From the NCBI RefSeq assembly GCF_000091665.1, contig NC_000909.1, positions 1,162,961 through 1,194,960 of the forward strand: a stretch of DNA of 32,000 bases, written 5' to 3'. Shown here piece by piece: positions 8,751-17,283 of the stretch. The first letter of the stretch is position 1. Every line of letters begins with the position of its first letter. The notes under the pieces were generated by a model. It was not told where the DNA came from. It ran no database searches and was given only the letters and a program-made list of their open reading frames with translations. The stretch comes from Methanocaldococcus jannaschii DSM 2661 (GTDB lineage Archaea; AGJL01; Methanococci; Methanococcales; Methanocaldococcaceae). A program made the translations under genes and the position numbers.

Positions 8751-10256
8751 TTACCATTCTTTGTTATTCACTTCATTTTCTTTCATAATTTGGGATATAT
8801 ACATTGTTAAACCACCAACAGCGGCGGCTATCTTTTTATTCTTTTCAAATACCTTCTCTGATACAACACTGTATAAATCTCTTGATTCTAATGCGTATTT
8901 AACCATTTTCTCTCTTAATTTATGCATATTCTGCTCTACATAGTGAGTTGAGATATTCCCTTTTAAAAAGTTCTCCTCCTCTAAAACAGCCCTATGGAAT
9001 GGAATATTTGTTTTAACGCCTATTATAACATACTCCCTCAAAGCTCTTTTCATTCTTGCTATTGCCTCCTCTCTGCTATTTCCATAAGTAATTAGCTTAG
9101 CTATCATTGAATCATAGTAAGGAGGAATTTCAGCCCCTCCATAGACACCACTGTCAATCCTAACTCCAGGCCCCCCTGGAGACCTATATAGTTTTATCTT
9201 TCCAGGACATGGAACGAAATCATTTAATGGGTCTTCTGCGTTAATTCTGCACTCAATTGCATGCCCTCTTATTTTAACATCTTCCTGCTTTAAAGTTAAT
9301 TCTTCTCCAGCAGCTATTTTAATCATCGCCTTAACCAAATCTATTCCAGTAACTTGCTCTGTAACTGTATGCTCAACTTGAATTCTTGTATTCATCTCTA
9401 AGAAGTAAAAGTTGCCATTTTCATACAAAAACTCAACAGTTCCTGCACTGTCATAATTTATTGCCTTTCCTGCTTTGATTGCCGCTTCTCCCATTCTTTC
9501 TCTTAACTCTTCAGTCATTATTGGTGAGGGAGCCTCTTCAATCAACTTCTGATGTCTCCTCTGTATTGAACACTCTCTATCTCCTAAATGAATAATATTC
9601 CCATGCTTATCTCCCAATAATTGGATTTCAATGTGTCTTGGATTTTCTAAGTATTTCTCAATAAATACTGTTGGGTCACCAAATGCACTCTTTGCAATGT
9701 TTCTTGCAGATTCAATAACTTCTTTTAACTCCTCTTTGCTATATGCAACACTCATTCCCATTCCGCCACCGCCAGCTGAAGCTTTAACAACTACAGGGAA
9801 ACCGATAGCTTCAGCTATTTCTATTGCTTCATCAATATCTTCAATAGCCCCCTCACTACCAGGAATTAAAGGAACTCCTGCTTTTTTCATGATTTTTTTA
9901 GCGTTAATTTTACTTCCCATTGCTTCTATAGCATCTGGATTAGGCCCTATAAATTCAAAACCAGCTTTTTTAACAGCCCTTGCAAATTCAGCATTTTCAG
10001 CTAAAAATCCATATCCTGGATGGATGGCATCAACCTTAGCTTTCTCAGCTACATTTAATATGGCATCAATGTTTAAATAACTCTTTGCCGCTGGAGCAGG
10101 ACCTATACAGTAAGCTTCATCAGCCAAAGTAGCATGTAAAGACCTCTTATCTGCCTCAGAATAAACTGCAACTGTCTTAATTCCCAACTCCCAACATGCT
10201 CTTATAATTCTAATCGCTATCTCCCCTCTATTTGCAATTAAAACTTTGTTAAACAT
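8751..10256 (-). CDS. pycA: Pyruvate carboxylase subunit A (biotin carboxylase, ATP-grasp)
   Basis: The N-terminus [20 protein letters not shown], plus GGGGMGM and [10 protein letters not shown], are classic biotin carboxylase motifs. Confidence 0.95.
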
Positions 10257-10268
10257 GATTTTTCACCT

Positions 10269-10487
10269 CTATCCAAAGAAGATATCTAAAATATTCATTA
10301 AATTATCCTTACTCTTGACTATACTCTTATCATAAAATTCAGAATATCCGCATTTTTTGCATGTTATAACAATATATTCGTTATGTTGGATATCAAATAT
10401 CTTTGATAATCCAGTTCCAGTCATTGCAACTTCTTTTTCAAAAAATTCTGTATTTCCACATTTTGGACATTTCCATCTTTTTTCCAT
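10269..10487 (-). CDS. Zn-ribbon miniprotein (two CxxC pairs)
   Basis: Starts MEKRWKCPKCG and contains CKKCG further on. The track start at 10499 is a GTG inside GGTGA, so the ATG at 10487 is preferred. It lies between pycB and pycA, with gaps of 34 and 12 nt. Confidence 0.7.
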   Translation of the reverse strand: MEKRWKCPKCGNTEFFEKEVAMTGTGLSKIFDIQHNEYIVITCKKCGYSEFYDKSIVKSKDNLMNILDIFFG

Positions 10488-10521
10488 AAATATCACCAAA
10501 ATATCACAAAAAAAGAGAAGT

Positions 10522-12225
10522 TTATTTAATAATCATAATTACATCTCCAACATTCACAGCATCTCCTTCATCAATTAATATTCTCTCTACAGTTCCCTCA
10601 ACTGGGCTTTCTATTGGATGCTCCATCTTCATAGCTTCTAATACAACAATAACATCCCCCTTCTTAACCTTATCTCCTTCTTTAACTTTAATCTTAGTTA
10701 CCATTCCTCTAAATGGTGAAGTAACAGCTCCCTCCATCTCTGCAGTTATAACTTCTTTCTTTCTCTTCAATTCTGTTCCAATCTTTGGCTCTATCTTAAC
10801 CTCAAACTTCTCTCCATCAACCTCTACAATATATTCAGTCGGAATCTCTAAAATCTTTCCTATATCCTTCTCTTTTGGTATTGGCTCAGCTTTCAACTCT
10901 CCTCTTAAGAACTTAACAGCTATCTGTGGATATAAAGCGTAGGTTAATATATCCTCTTCTTTCTTAACAATTCCCTTCTCTTCTGCCTCTTTCTTAACTT
11001 TCTCCCATTCTGGAGGTAATAAATCAGCTGGTCTGCAGGTAATTGGTTTCTCTCCCTCATCCAATACTCTCTTTAACAACTCTGGGTTAATTGGAGCTGG
11101 TGGCTTTCCATAAAAGCCCTTTACATAATTAACTACTTCGTTTGTTATAATCTTGTATCTCTCTTCAGTTAAAACGTTTAAAACAGCCTGAGTTCCAACA
11201 ATTTGAGAGGTTGGTGTAACTAATGGAGGATATCCTAAATCCTTTCTTACTCTTGGAATCTCCTGTAGAACTTCTTCAAATTTATCCAAAGCTCCCTGCT
11301 CTTTAAGTTGTGAGACCAAGTTAGATAGCATTCCTCCAGGAACTTGATACACCAAAACCCTTGCATCGACAATTTGGGATATTGGAGAGAATAGCATTTT
11401 ATATTTTTCTCTAACTTTCATGAAGTAATCTCTAATCTCATTTAAGAGCTTTAAATCTAAGCCAGTATCATATTTTGTTCCTTTTAACGCAACAACGATA
11501 CTCTCTGTTGGTGGTTGGGATGTCCCCATGGCAAATGGTGAGATAGCACAATCTACCATGTCAGCTCCAGCTTCTATAACTTTTAGGTAAGTCATTGGAG
11601 CTAAACCACTTGTGCAATGGCTATGTACGTCAATAGGAAGTGATATCTCTTCTTTTAATCTTTTAACTAACTCATATCCTTCATAAGGGGTTAAAAGCCC
11701 AGCCATATCTTTTATGCAGATTGAATCACACCCCATCTCTTCTAATTTTTTTGCTAACTCCACATATTGGTCAATTGTATGAACTGGGCTTATAGTGTAA
11801 CATATAGCCCCCTGAACTTCAGCCCCAACCTTTTTAGCTGTTTTTATTGCAGTTTCCATATTTCTTACATCGTTTAAAGCATCAAAAATCCTAAAAATAT
11901 CAATTCCATTCTCATGGGCTTTTATAACAAACTTTTCAACGATATCATCTGGGTAGTGCCTATAACCAACTAAGTTCTGCCCTCTTAAGAGCATCTGTAA
12001 TGGAGTGTTTTGAATCCTCTTTTTTAAAGCCCTCAACCTCTCCCATGGGTCTTCATTTAGATATCTTATACATGCATCAAATGTAGCTCCTCCCCAAACC
12101 TCCATAGAGTAGAATCCAACCTCATCCATCTTTTCCGCTATTGGTAGCATGTCTTCAGTTCTCATTCTTGTAGCTATCAATGACTGCTGAGCATCCCTAA
12201 AAGTAGTATCTACAATCTTAACCAT
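10522..12225 (-). CDS. pycB: Pyruvate carboxylase subunit B (carboxyltransferase plus C-terminal biotinyl carrier domain)
   Basis: Contains FRDAQQS (HMGL-like TIM barrel) and the C-terminal EAMKMEH biotinylation motif. GTGAGGGA lies 5 nt upstream of the ATG. Confidence 0.95.
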   Translation of the reverse strand: MVKIVDTTFRDAQQSLIATRMRTEDMLPIAEKMDEVGFYSMEVWGGATFDACIRYLNEDPWERLRALKKRIQNTPLQMLLRGQNLVGYRHYPDDIVEKFVIKAHENGIDIFRIFDALNDVRNMETAIKTAKKVGAEVQGAICYTISPVHTIDQYVELAKKLEEMGCDSICIKDMAGLLTPYEGYELVKRLKEEISLPIDVHSHCTSGLAPMTYLKVIEAGADMVDCAISPFAMGTSQPPTESIVVALKGTKYDTGLDLKLLNEIRDYFMKVREKYKMLFSPISQIVDARVLVYQVPGGMLSNLVSQLKEQGALDKFEEVLQEIPRVRKDLGYPPLVTPTSQIVGTQAVLNVLTEERYKIITNEVVNYVKGFYGKPPAPINPELLKRVLDEGEKPITCRPADLLPPEWEKVKKEAEEKGIVKKEEDILTYALYPQIAVKFLRGELKAEPIPKEKDIGKILEIPTEYIVEVDGEKFEVKIEPKIGTELKRKKEVITAEMEGAVTSPFRGMVTKIKVKEGDKVKKGDVIVVLEAMKMEHPIESPVEGTVERILIDEGDAVNVGDVIMIIK

Positions 12226-12256
12226 AGCTATCCCTCACAAATATTTATTTTGATTT

Positions 12257-12309
12257 AAAAAAGGCACAGCCAAATAAAACGGCAATGCAGTTCCGTTATT
12301 TGGTTAGCC
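12257..12309 (-). terminator. Hairpin followed by a U6 tract (terminator or attenuator-like) upstream of pycB
   Basis: The reverse strand reads GGCUAA-CCAAAUAACGG-aacugcauug-CCGUUUUAUUUGG-CUGUGCC followed by UUUUUU (plus-strand A6 at 12257-12262). The stem is 11 bp with a 2-nt bulge, plus 3 outer G:C pairs. Confidence 0.35.
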
Positions 12310-12480
12310 ATAGTCTTATAATTTCAATCATAGTTACCCCTCATCAAAAATTGATTAAGAAAATTTAAGATTTAGGAGATAAAATTGAGTTTAAATTAAT
12401 TAATACAAAAATCTCTATCCTTGTTTATAGCCGTAGTGTAGTATTGATTGAAATGATATATATGCTTTACTTAGGTTCTA

Positions 12481-13371
12481 TTAAGTATGGAAATTCTCTG
12501 GAAATTTACCACTAATAATCTTTAATATATCTGTTCTTGTTATAATTCCAACGATTTTATTGTTATCATCGACTATAACCAATCTCCCCACATTATTTTT
12601 GTTCATAATTTTTAATGCATCATATATCTTTTCATCTTTATGTATTGTTATAACGTCTCTTCTCATAACCTCTTTGACCTTTTTATCAATATTATCTATA
12701 TTCTCAGCAATATCATGTAGGCTTATTACACCAACCAATTTATCGTTATCAACAACTGGAGCTCCACTGATATATTTTTCAGCAAATAATTTGGCAGTTT
12801 CTCTTAAAGTGCAATTTGGATTTATTGTCCAAACCTCTTTAATCCCCACATCTCCAACTTTTATATTTGGGATACTTGAAACTCCTAAAACATCTATTAG
12901 CAAAATCCTATGAATATCATCCCTTCCAATAATTTTTCCATTAATAATAATTTTATTATGATAAGTAGGGCCGACTCTAATAATATCTCCAATGTTAAAG
13001 TGCTTTGTATCCCCCTCAATGTGTATCTTTGAAGAACAGCATTTTTCATGTGAAACAGTGTCAAACTCTATTTTTACAACCTTAACTCCCTCAACTTTCT
13101 TTCCATCTTTATATATAGGGACTATTATCTCCCCCTCATCTTCTAATCCCAAAGCTCTATAAGCTTTACTTGTTGGCACATATCCCCCTTTAGGTCCAGG
13201 AACACCATCAACTAAATCTAATGCCCTTAAAGCTTGCATTTGGTTTCTTATAGTTCCTGGATTCCTATTTAATCTTAAGGCAATTTCTGTTCCTTTGATT
13301 GGTCTATTTTTTTCTCTATATAGGTTTATAAGTTCTTGTAATATCTCTCTCTGCACAACCGTTAGTTCCAT
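12481..13371 (-). CDS. Winged-helix DNA-binding domain plus C-terminal CBS-pair protein (putative ligand-sensing regulator)
   Basis: The N-terminus REILQELINLYREKNRPIKGTEIALRLNRNPGTIRNQMQALRALDLV is HTH-like. The C-terminus carries two CBS motifs: GAPVVDNDKLVGVISLHDI and GRLVIVDDNNKIVGIITRTDIL. Confidence 0.8.
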   Translation of the reverse strand: MELTVVQREILQELINLYREKNRPIKGTEIALRLNRNPGTIRNQMQALRALDLVDGVPGPKGGYVPTSKAYRALGLEDEGEIIVPIYKDGKKVEGVKVVKIEFDTVSHEKCCSSKIHIEGDTKHFNIGDIIRVGPTYHNKIIINGKIIGRDDIHRILLIDVLGVSSIPNIKVGDVGIKEVWTINPNCTLRETAKLFAEKYISGAPVVDNDKLVGVISLHDIAENIDNIDKKVKEVMRRDVITIHKDEKIYDALKIMNKNNVGRLVIVDDNNKIVGIITRTDILKIISGKFPENFHT

Positions 13372-13511
13372 AAAAACCCCCTTATTAAAAATACTAATGA
13401 TTATAAATTATAATAGATTATTGACATCCATGATAAATATTTATGGCAATAAAATAAATATATACTTATCGATTTAATTCAGAATTGAGTAAAATTACTT
13501 TGGTGCTAACT

Positions 13512-14351
13512 ATGAATTACATAACCTCAAAAATAGCTAAGGAAATTTTAAATTCACAATCTGAGGAGATTTTTTTAAATTTGGATTTAAATAAGACAGA
13601 AAAGAAAGAAAAGATTTTGATAGATAGGGAAAAAAAGATTGCCAAATTTCCTGAAGGAGATGTTAGCTTTGACATTTTAAAGAAGATTGCCAAGGATGAG
13701 GGGCATATATACTTTATAAAAGATGGAGAAGTTTTTAAAGCTGCAATATCAAATAACGGCTATTATAAGTTAGTTCCAACAATTCCACCAACAATTGAGA
13801 TAAATGGAATAAGAATGCATAGAACTAAAGAAGTTAATCCTTATGAAGATACACTAAATAAGATAAATGCCGTAAAAGTAAAGAAGGGAGAAAAAGTTTT
13901 AGATACCTGCATGGGTTTGGGTTATACAGCTATAGAGGCGTATAGAAGAGGAGCTGAAGTTATAACTATAGAAAAAAATCCAAATGTTTTAGAATTAGCT
14001 AAAATAAACCCTTATAGTGAAGAGCTGTTTAAAGGAGGCATTAAAATTATTTTAGGAGATGCTTATGATGTCATAAAGAGATTTAAAGATGAGGAGTTTG
14101 ATGTTGTTATCCACGACCCTCCAAGGTTCAGCTTAGCTGGACATCTATACAGCGAAGAATTCTATAAAGAAATTTTTAGAGTTTTAAAGCCGGGAGGAAG
14201 ATTGTTTCATTATGTTGGTAATCCAGGAAAGAAGTATAGAGGAAAGGATTTACAGAAGGGAGTTATGGAGAGGTTGAGGAAAGTTGGATTTGTAAATGTT
14301 AAAAGGGTTGAAGAAGCGTTGGGAGTTGTTGCTGTAAAACCAAGAGATTAA
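13512..14351 (+). CDS. SAM-dependent methyltransferase (class I; DPPR motif IV)
   Basis: Contains VLDTCMGLGYTAIEA (motif I-like) and VIHDPPRFS (N-MTase-type motif IV). The track start is TTG at 13485. ATG at 13512 has GGTG 6 nt upstream. Confidence 0.8.
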   Translation: MNYITSKIAKEILNSQSEEIFLNLDLNKTEKKEKILIDREKKIAKFPEGDVSFDILKKIAKDEGHIYFIKDGEVFKAAISNNGYYKLVPTIPPTIEINGIRMHRTKEVNPYEDTLNKINAVKVKKGEKVLDTCMGLGYTAIEAYRRGAEVITIEKNPNVLELAKINPYSEELFKGGIKIILGDAYDVIKRFKDEEFDVVIHDPPRFSLAGHLYSEEFYKEIFRVLKPGGRLFHYVGNPGKKYRGKDLQKGVMERLRKVGFVNVKRVEEALGVVAVKPRD

Positions 14352-14359
14352 GCTTTCTA

Positions 14360-14366
14360 TTTTTTT
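14360..14366 (+). terminator. Oligo-T tract after the methyltransferase stop
   Basis: A T7 run begins 9 nt after the TAA at 14349-14351, and a second T7 run lies at 14401-14407. Archaeal terminators are oligo-T tracts. Confidence 0.4.
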
Positions 14367-14438
14367 AATTTAAACAATCAAAAGAGAAATATTATTTTGC
14401 TTTTTTTAATAAATTTAAAAAATTAAGTTTAATGTTTT

Positions 14439-14621
14439 ATTTTTATACAATGTTGTTCTTCTTAAACGAATTTGAAGTCCCCGTTTCAGGGATTGTTATA
14501 AATGCAAAACCTATAGAGTTTCCATACAATATTGTTCTTCTTAAACAAGTCCACTTAATAATCCCTTACATTCCACAAATTAATCCAAAACAGTTTCCAT
14601 ACAATACTGTTTTTCTTAAAC
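14439..14621 (-). CRISPR. Mini-CRISPR array: three 29-nt repeats and two spacers (50 and 46 nt)
   Basis: R1 14439-14467 is atttttatacaatgttgttcttcttaaac. R2 14518-14546 is gtttccatacaatattgttcttcttaaac. R3 14593-14621 is gtttccatacaatactgtttttcttaaac. R3 differs from R2 at 2 positions and R1 differs from R2 at 4. The core ACAATATTGT is a perfect palindrome. The minus-strand orientation is inferred from three things: the reverse complement ends in ATGGAAAC, the most degenerate repeat is distal, and the AT-rich leader plus cas6 lie on the high-coordinate side. Confidence 0.75.
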
Positions 14622-14980
14622 CCATTACATTCAAATGTATCATAACTCATATTTATACCCTTCCTATTCAATAATCTTAATAACCAATATTAAATTCAAA
14701 CAAAAAACCTTTTATTTTATTTCTAAGCAAATAAAAAAACCTTTAATCAAAGAATAAGATGAAAGTATATTTTATCTTTAAAAAATATCTCCCTTCTATC
14801 CAAATCCAATTTAAGTTAATACTTTTTTGTTAAAATGATTATTAAAATTAAACAGAGAACTCCTATCCAATGAAATTTAAAAATATTGGTCAAAAATCTT
14901 TAAAAACAAAATCTAAATAACTTATTACTTCAAAAAATAAAAACTTTTCTTATGCATTTTATAAAATCAAATATTCAAAC
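14622..14980 (-). promoter_or_regulatory. AT-rich CRISPR leader between cas6 and the first repeat
   Basis: 359 bp with no ORF of 60 aa or more. The reverse strand reads GTATAAAT at 14651-14658, about 27 nt upstream of the R3 boundary, which is a good position for the pre-crRNA promoter. A short direct repeat AAAAAACCTTT occurs twice near 14701 and 14735. Confidence 0.5.
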
Positions 14981-15706
14981 TTATTTTATAGGATTTATGA
15001 ATCCGAAGCCTAAACTATTCTTCTCTCCCAAACCACAATCCATTATAAACTTGTAAAACTTCCTCTCTTCTTTTCTAATTTTAATCTTCTCTAATAACTT
15101 CCATGTAGTTCCAACTACTAAAAACTCTCTTCCCTTCTTAGCAATCCTAACATAAACATCTACCCTCCCATTCCTAACTCTTGGAGATATTCTATCAAAA
15201 ATAAAACCATTTAAAACTGGCTCTTCATTATAAAATGCTTTATATTTTTTAACTGCATTATCCTGCAGTCTTTGAACAAAAAACATCAAATCAAAATCAT
15301 CATCATAAAACTTTATATACTCTCCTCTATCTTTATCCTTGTATAAAACAATTGGAGAACCAGTTATAAACTTATTTTTAACCTTCAAATCAAATTTTTT
15401 AAGTTCAGAAACTTCAAATTTAAAATTATTTAAATTAACTTCTTCTAAATTATCTAATCTCTCATATAATACATTAATAAACTCCTCCCTTGGTGAGGAT
15501 ATTAGTAGATATTTATCCTCCCCTTTAACAAAATCATTCGGTGGAAATATATCAGAAAAACACCAAAACTTAAACCTTGGCTGATTATGCATCTCCCCAA
15601 ACTCAGTATCCTTTAAAAGAGAATAAATAAAACCCTGTATAGTATGTTTATTAATTTTATCAAAAGAAAAATCTTGTTTAGGAGTTAGGGATAACTTTAA
15701 CCTCAT
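14981..15706 (-). CDS. cas6: CRISPR-associated endoribonuclease Cas6 (stand-alone)
   Basis: 241 aa with the C-terminal glycine-rich loop GLGEKNSLGFGF characteristic of Cas6. A GGGAG SD precedes it, it lies next to the array, and its ATG is 15 nt after the rbcL stop. Confidence 0.85.
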   Translation of the reverse strand: MRLKLSLTPKQDFSFDKINKHTIQGFIYSLLKDTEFGEMHNQPRFKFWCFSDIFPPNDFVKGEDKYLLISSPREEFINVLYERLDNLEEVNLNNFKFEVSELKKFDLKVKNKFITGSPIVLYKDKDRGEYIKFYDDDFDLMFFVQRLQDNAVKKYKAFYNEEPVLNGFIFDRISPRVRNGRVDVYVRIAKKGREFLVVGTTWKLLEKIKIRKEERKFYKFIMDCGLGEKNSLGFGFINPIK

Positions 15707-15721
15707 AAGTCTCCCTTTTAT

Positions 15722-16999
15722 TTATTTCCAATACTCTAAAGCCTTTTTTAGCTCTGCAACTTCTTCTGCTTTTTCTTCTAATGATTTTCCTTCTATAATT
15801 GCCTCAATAGCAGCCCTCATTGCCTTAGCTCCAGCTCTTGTCCCATCTGGATGTCCATGAACTCCTCCTCCTGCCTGAATAATTAAATCTCTGCCTAAAA
15901 TCTCAACTATTTTTGGGACTAATCTTGGATGAACTCCGCCAGAAGATACTGGAAATACTGGTTTAATATCAAACCAATCTTGATTGAAAAATTTGTTTTC
16001 GTTGTCTGCTTCAACTTTATCATAAACAATCTCATCTCTAATTGCTTTAACCTCTTTTTCTCCTCCTTCCATCTTTCCAACAACTGTTCCTATATGTAAT
16101 TGGTCAACTCCTAACAACCTATAAATCTTAGCTAATGCCAACATGGATATTCCAAAATCTCTACTTCTTGTCATTGCTGCATGCATAGCTCTGTGGGCAT
16201 GGATTATAAATTTAAAGTCCTCTTCTCTAAATGATTGCACTGCAGAGAATCCACAAACAACAACATCTATCATCACATATTCACTTCCAGCATCTTCAGC
16301 AATCTCTGCCCTTCTAATCATCTCTCTGTATGGAGCTGTTATATTTGGCATATATGCTTTTCTTTCTCCAGTCTCTTCTTCTGCTTTATCTCTCATCTCT
16401 AAGGTTTTATAAATTCTATCCTCAAATTTATTGAATTCTTGGGAAGTTAAATTTTCATCATCCTTAACTAAATCAACCCCTCCAACCCATGCTTCATAGG
16501 CAACTTTTGCATGCTCTTCAGTTTTTAAACCAACTTTTGGTTTAACTATAGTCCCCAGTAAAGGTCTTTCTTTGATTTTTAGAGTTTCTCTAACTCCTTC
16601 AATTCCAAATCTTGGCCCTTTATAAGCTTTAACAAACTCCGCTGGAAATCTAAAGTCCAATATCCTTAAACCTTTGGCTATCTTCATTCCAAATATATTT
16701 CCTGCAATCCCTGCTAAAACTCCTGGCATGTTGTTTATTTCAAAATCATACAATGGATAGGCAATTTTTATTAGTCCAACTTTATACCCATTTTCTTCTC
16801 CAATCTCTTTAATTTCATAAACCTTTGGTCTTAATTTTTCATAAATATCGCTTTTCATTGTTTGAACTTTAGTCCATGTTCCAATAGAGCTCTCCCCAGC
16901 AATCTCATTTGCCAACTTTTCTAAATTTTCTCCTTTAATTACCATACAAGATAACAAATCACCTTCATTTGGTCTGTAGTTTAAGTTTATGTAGTCCAT
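15722..16999 (-). CDS. rbcL: Ribulose-1,5-bisphosphate carboxylase/oxygenase large subunit, archaeal form III
   Basis: Contains GGVDLVKDDENL (carbamylated-Lys motif) and HRAMHAA. The track GTG at 17017 lies in GGGGGAGGGA, so the ATG (MDYINLNY) at 16999 gives 425 aa. Confidence 0.95.
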   Translation of the reverse strand: MDYINLNYRPNEGDLLSCMVIKGENLEKLANEIAGESSIGTWTKVQTMKSDIYEKLRPKVYEIKEIGEENGYKVGLIKIAYPLYDFEINNMPGVLAGIAGNIFGMKIAKGLRILDFRFPAEFVKAYKGPRFGIEGVRETLKIKERPLLGTIVKPKVGLKTEEHAKVAYEAWVGGVDLVKDDENLTSQEFNKFEDRIYKTLEMRDKAEEETGERKAYMPNITAPYREMIRRAEIAEDAGSEYVMIDVVVCGFSAVQSFREEDFKFIIHAHRAMHAAMTRSRDFGISMLALAKIYRLLGVDQLHIGTVVGKMEGGEKEVKAIRDEIVYDKVEADNENKFFNQDWFDIKPVFPVSSGGVHPRLVPKIVEILGRDLIIQAGGGVHGHPDGTRAGAKAMRAAIEAIIEGKSLEEKAEEVAELKKALEYWK

Positions 17000-17196
17000 A
17001 GTATATCCCTCCCCCACGAATTCTTTGGTATTAAGTATTATTAATTTTTTGTATGGTCGTTTCTAATATAAATAGTGTTAGAAAGCTTTACCTTTAGTTT
17101 ATATATTTAAATTAATTATTGAACAGTAAAATAATGCTAAAGGCTTATTTTAACCAAATATAAAAAAGGATGAATGTAAAATTAATGAATTAATAA

Positions 17197-17226
17197 ATTT
17201 TCATTCCGAATTGATTTGATTTTAAT
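17197..17226 (-). repeat. Solitary degenerate CRISPR-repeat-like 30-mer
   Basis: The plus strand reads ATTTTCATTCCGAATTGATTTGATTTTAAT. It shares the TTTYCAT start, an ATTG core and the TTWAAY end with the local array repeats, at only about 60% identity. It matches 24 of 30 positions of the major Methanococcales repeat as I remember it (ATTTCCATTCCGAAACGGTCTGATTTTAAC). Its orientation is the same as the array. Confidence 0.35.
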
Positions 17227-17283
17227 ATTTTGAAAAAATTTAACAAATAGAATTAAACAGTTTTGAAAGGCACATAAAATTAA

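Noticed and set aside
9631-10080. 149-aa plus-strand ORF inside pycA
   Set aside because: It is antisense to a highly conserved biotin carboxylase and has an Ala/Ser/Phe-rich shadow translation. The same applies to 8364..8642, 8761..8943, 10357..10578, 12560..12913, 13295..13477, 15339..15584, 16143..16412, 18743..19081, 19432..19674, 20314..20685, 24519..24734, 25167..25349, 27418..27654 and 28058..28255.
12263-12350. Possible box C/D sRNA (minus-strand UGAUGA at 12346-12341)
   Set aside because: There is no CUGA D box at the appropriate distance, no C'/D' pair and no terminal stem. The element is better described as a hairpin plus U-tract.
14432-14674. 80-aa plus-strand ORF in the track
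   Set aside because: It runs straight through the three CRISPR repeats. Its internally repeated peptide (FPYNIVLLKQ and FPYNTVFLKP) is just the repeats translated. It has no SD and no coding-like composition.
14676-14704. Possible fourth, leader-proximal CRISPR repeat (CCAATATT...TTCAAAC)
   Set aside because: Only the CAATATT core and an AAAC end match, gaps are required, and leader-proximal repeats are normally the best conserved. This is probably chance similarity in AT-rich DNA. The same applies to 14347-14375 (…TTTAATTTAAAC), which overlaps the methyltransferase stop and has the wrong spacing.
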